This document shows positions 29,346-32,000 of a stretch of DNA of 32,000 nt, piece after piece (the stretch's first letter is position 1; each line of letters opens with the position of its first letter). Location of the stretch: positions 4,284 through 36,283 of the forward strand of contig JBEKOE010000014.1 of NCBI GenBank assembly GCA_049522075.1, written 5' to 3'. Source of the DNA: Candidatus Acidiferrum sp. (GTDB lineage Bacteria; Acidobacteriota; Terriglobia; Acidiferrales; UBA7541). The notes beneath the pieces were generated by a model. The model was not told the DNA's origin and made no database searches. It saw only the letters and a program-made list of their open reading frames with translations. Both the position numbers and the translations under genes were made by a program.

Positions 29346-32000
29346 ATGTCGCCGGAAGTCACTCAAGCAGCACAAGGAGCGGATAATCTGGACAACGCGC
29401 AGCTCCTGAGCGTGCTCATGGCTTTCAAGAAGGGGGATTTTTCCGCGCGCATGCCGCTGGACCGCACGGGCGTGGCCGGCAAGGTCGCGGACACCCTGAA
29501 CGAAATCATCGCCTACAAGCAAGATCTGGCGCAGGAGTTCGAGCGCGTGAGTCAAGCTGTGGGCAAAGAGGGCAAGATCTCCCAGCGCCTGAACATGAAC
29601 GGAGAGGTCAGTGGAGCTTGGAGCACAATCCTCAAATGTACGAACTCGATTATCGCTGACCTTTTGCAGCCCATTACCGAATCCGCCCGCGTGATTGGAG
29701 CGGTCGCCAAAGGAGACCTGACGCAGACCATGACCGCGGAAGTCGAAGGGCGCCCGCTGCAAGGAGAGTTCCTGCAGGTGGCGAGCGTGGTCAACGGGAT
29801 GGTCGAGCAACTCGGCACCTTTGCCGGGGAGGTCACCCGGGTGGCCCGTGAAGTGGGTGCCGAGGGCAAGCTCGGCGGGCAGGCCGTCGTCAAGGGCCTC
29901 ACGGGCACCTGGAAGGATTTGACCGACAATGCCAACTCGATGGCCGCCAACCTGACCAACCAGGTGCGCAACATTGCGGAGGTAACCACCGCGGTGGCCA
30001 GCGGCGACCTTTCTCGAAAAGTCACCGTGGACGTGCGTGGGGAGATCCTGCAACTCAAGGACGCGGTGAACACCATGGTGGATCAGTTGCGGGTGTTCGC
30101 GGCCGAAGTCACGCGCGTGGCCCGCGAGGTAGGCACGGAAGGCAAGCTGGGCGGGCAAGCCGTCGTGCTCGGGGTGGGCGGTACCTGGAAGGACTTGACC
30201 GACAGCGTGAACTCCATGGCCGCCAACCTGACCAATCAGGTGCGCAACATCGCCGAAGTGACCACGGCCGTGGCCAACGGCGATCTGGCCCGCAAGATTA
30301 CCGTCGAGGCCAAGGGCGAAATCCTGGGCCTCGCCGATACCATCAATGCCATGGTGGACCGGCTCAATGCCTTCGCCAGCGAGGTCACGCGCGTGGCGCG
30401 CGAGGTGGGTACCGACGGCAAGCTCGGCGGCCAAGCCCAAGTCCAAGGCGTAGGGGGAACGTGGAAGGATCTAACCGAGAACGTCAATCAGATGGCACGG
30501 AATCTTACGGACCAAGTGCGCAACATCGCCGAGGTCACCACCGCAGTGGCCAACGGGGACCTGAACCGCAAGATCACCGTGGAGGCCAAGGGCGAGATCC
30601 TGGAACTAAAGAACACCATCAACACCATGGTTGATCAACTCAACGGCTTCGCCAGCGAAGTGACCCGCGTGGCCCGCGAGGTGGGTTCCGAAGGCAAGTT
30701 GGGCGGCCAAGCCCTCGTCCCTGGGGCGCAGGGCACCTGGCGTGACCTGACCGACAACGTCAACCAACTTGCCGCCAATCTCACCACGCAGGTGCGCGCG
30801 ATTGCCGATGTCGCCACCGCAGTCACTGCCGGCGACCTGAGCCGCTCCGTTGCCGTGGAAGCGGCAGGCGAGGTGGCGTCCCTCAAGGACAACATCAACG
30901 AGATGATCCGCAATCTGCGCGACACCACGCAGCGTAATTCCGAGCAGGACTGGTTGAAGACCAACCTGGCGAAAGTCACCCGCACCTTGCAAGGGCAGCG
31001 TGACCTGTTCACTGTTTCCAAGCAGGTGCTCTCCGAGCTGGCGCCCCTGGTCAGCGCCCAGCACGGTGTCTTCTACCTCGCAGACAGCGGGGGCGATGGC
31101 GCCGGGACGGCCCTGCGGTTGCTCGGCAGCTACGCTTACAAGGAGCGCAAAGACTCTTCCAACATAATCAAGCTCGGAGACGGGCTTGTGGGGCAATGTG
31201 CGCTGGAGAAGGAGCGCATCCTGCTCACCAACGTGCCCAGCGACTACGTTCAGGTGAGCTCCGGACTCGGGCAGGCTGCGCCGCAGAACATCGTGGTTCT
31301 CCCGGTGCTCTTCGAGGGGCAGGTGCGGGCGGTGGTCGAGCTGGCCTCTTTCAACCGCTTCACGGAGACGCAACTCGCTTTCCTGGAGCAACTCACCGAG
31401 AGCATCGGCATCGTGCTCAACACCATCTCGGCCACCATGCGCACCGAGGAACTGCTCAAGCAGTCACAGGCCCTTACCGAAGAACTGCAAAGCCAGCAGG
31501 AGGAACTGAGCGAAACCAACAAACGGCTGGAAGAGCAAGCCCGCAGCCTGAAGCAGTCGGAAGGCTTGTTGAAACAACAGCAGGGGGAATTGCAGCAGGC
31601 CAACGAAGAGTTGGAGGAGCGCGCCGGGCTGCTGGGTCAGCAGAAGGCCGAGGTGGAAACCAAGAACCGCGAAGTCGAGCAGGCCCGCTTGATGCTGCAG
31701 GAAAAGGCCGAACAGCTCACACTCACCTCCAAGTACAAGTCCGAATTCCTCGCCAACATGTCCCACGAACTGCGCACGCCTCTCAACAGCATGCTGATTC
31801 TCTCCAAAATGCTCGCGGAGAACAAGGAAGGCAATCTCACCGAGAAACAGAAGGAACAAGCGAAGACCGTCCATGCGGGCGGTGCGGACTTGCTGGAACT
31901 GATCAACGACATCCTCGATCTGTCCAAGATCGAGTCGCGCACCGTGGGTCTGGAGGTCGAAAGCGTGCTCTTTACGGAGCTGCGCGAATACGTGAAACGC
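29346..32000 (+). CDS. Cytoplasmic sensor histidine kinase: poly-HAMP array - GAF - long coiled coil - HisKA (3' end beyond window)
   Basis: Not in the ORF track because no stop is reached. ATG 29346 is preceded by GAGAGG, and the frame is open for 885 codons to base 32000. Four 92-aa repeats [21 protein letters not shown].[37 protein letters not shown]...GEI..L...IN.MVD.L..FA, preceded by degenerate HAMP-like units. GAF-like segment VFYLAD...[19 protein letters not shown]...[19 protein letters not shown]. Heptad-rich linker, then the H-box [15 protein letters not shown]. No TM segment. Confidence 0.9.
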   Translation, partial: MSPEVTQAAQGADNLDNAQLLSVLMAFKKGDFSARMPLDRTGVAGKVADTLNEIIAYKQDLAQEFERVSQAVGKEGKISQRLNMNGEVSGAWSTILKCTNSIIADLLQPITESARVIGAVAKGDLTQTMTAEVEGRPLQGEFLQVASVVNGMVEQLGTFAGEVTRVAREVGAEGKLGGQAVVKGLTGTWKDLTDNANSMAANLTNQVRNIAEVTTAVASGDLSRKVTVDVRGEILQLKDAVNTMVDQLRVFAAEVTRVAREVGTEGKLGGQAVVLGVGGTWKDLTDSVNSMAANLTNQVRNIAEVTTAVANGDLARKITVEAKGEILGLADTINAMVDRLNAFASEVTRVAREVGTDGKLGGQAQVQGVGGTWKDLTENVNQMARNLTDQVRNIAEVTTAVANGDLNRKITVEAKGEILELKNTINTMVDQLNGFASEVTRVAREVGSEGKLGGQALVPGAQGTWRDLTDNVNQLAANLTTQVRAIADVATAVTAGDLSRSVAVEAAGEVASLKDNINEMIRNLRDTTQRNSEQDWLKTNLAKVTRTLQGQRDLFTVSKQVLSELAPLVSAQHGVFYLADSGGDGAGTALRLLGSYAYKERKDSSNIIKLGDGLVGQCALEKERILLTNVPSDYVQVSSGLGQAAPQNIVVLPVLFEGQVRAVVELASFNRFTETQLAFLEQLTESIGIVLNTISATMRTEELLKQSQALTEELQSQQEELSETNKRLEEQARSLKQSEGLLKQQQGELQQANEELEERAGLLGQQKAEVETKNREVEQARLMLQEKAEQLTLTSKYKSEFLANMSHELRTPLNSMLILSKMLAENKEGNLTEKQKEQAKTVHAGGADLLELINDILDLSKIESRTVGLEVESVLFTELREYVKR
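29829..30932 (+). repeat. Four tandem 276-bp (92-codon) coding repeats inside the histidine kinase gene
   Basis: Repeat units start at 29829, 30105, 30381 and 30657, each beginning GA(R)GT(S)AC(S)CG(S)GTGGC(S)CG(Y)GA(R)GT. Period is exactly 276 bp. Roughly three-quarters nucleotide identity by eye, with many third-position differences. Confidence 0.9.

Noticed and set aside
29829-30932. Regular 276-bp tandem repeats that might be taken for a CRISPR-like or satellite array
   Set aside because: The period is 92 codons in an open reading frame with conserved protein motifs. There are no short direct repeats separated by unique spacers. These are coding domain repeats.
29343-31391. Long minus-strand ORFs 29343..30446 (367 aa) and 30606..31391 (261 aa), plus the nested ORFs 29552..30076 and 30635..31021
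   Set aside because: They are antisense to the open-ended poly-HAMP/GAF kinase frame, which has clear domain signatures and a start with an RBS. Their peptides are repetitive H/G/R/L-rich mirror images of the HAMP repeats (for example GHARD...GQVGGH), typical of high-GC shadow ORFs.

Overview
This is a 32 kb, high-GC bacterial chromosomal window. Gene content and the intergenic repeat families resemble a soil Acidobacteriota-type genome, but the taxon is inference only. Left third (1-14.4 kb): envelope and housekeeping genes. These are a 5'-truncated two-domain esterase, a membrane-anchored hypothetical, a fused transketolase with a Cys-rich tail, a c-type cytochrome, an M28 peptidase with a TonB-C-like tail, a GNAT, a membrane-anchored alpha/beta-fold protein, an ArnT/GT39-like glycosyltransferase, an LpxL-family acyltransferase and lpxD. 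Centre (14.5-25.2 kb): one tightly packed same-strand hopanoid operon, shc - hpnH-like - hpnA - hpnG - two MDR zinc-dehydrogenase paralogs - fused hpnC/hpnD - hpnE. Right third: an ABM-like protein, a zinc-ribbon protein, DUF72, a ribosome hibernation factor and tRNA-Lys(UUU). These are followed by a ~1.3 kb lower-GC, poorly coding patch holding a tRNA 3'-end duplicate and a decayed REC-PilZ gene. A cytoplasmic poly-HAMP/GAF histidine kinase then runs off the window; the ORF track misses it because it has no stop. I saw no CRISPR, rRNA, intact transposase or integrase. The two most interesting observations both concern the hopanoid operon. First, two uncharacterised dehydrogenases are translationally coupled to hpnG, making them candidates for the unassigned ribosylhopane-to-bacteriohopanetetrol reduction. 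Second, the HpnH homolog lacks the radical-SAM Cys triad. Several REP-like, heptamer and MITE-like intergenic repeats are also present.
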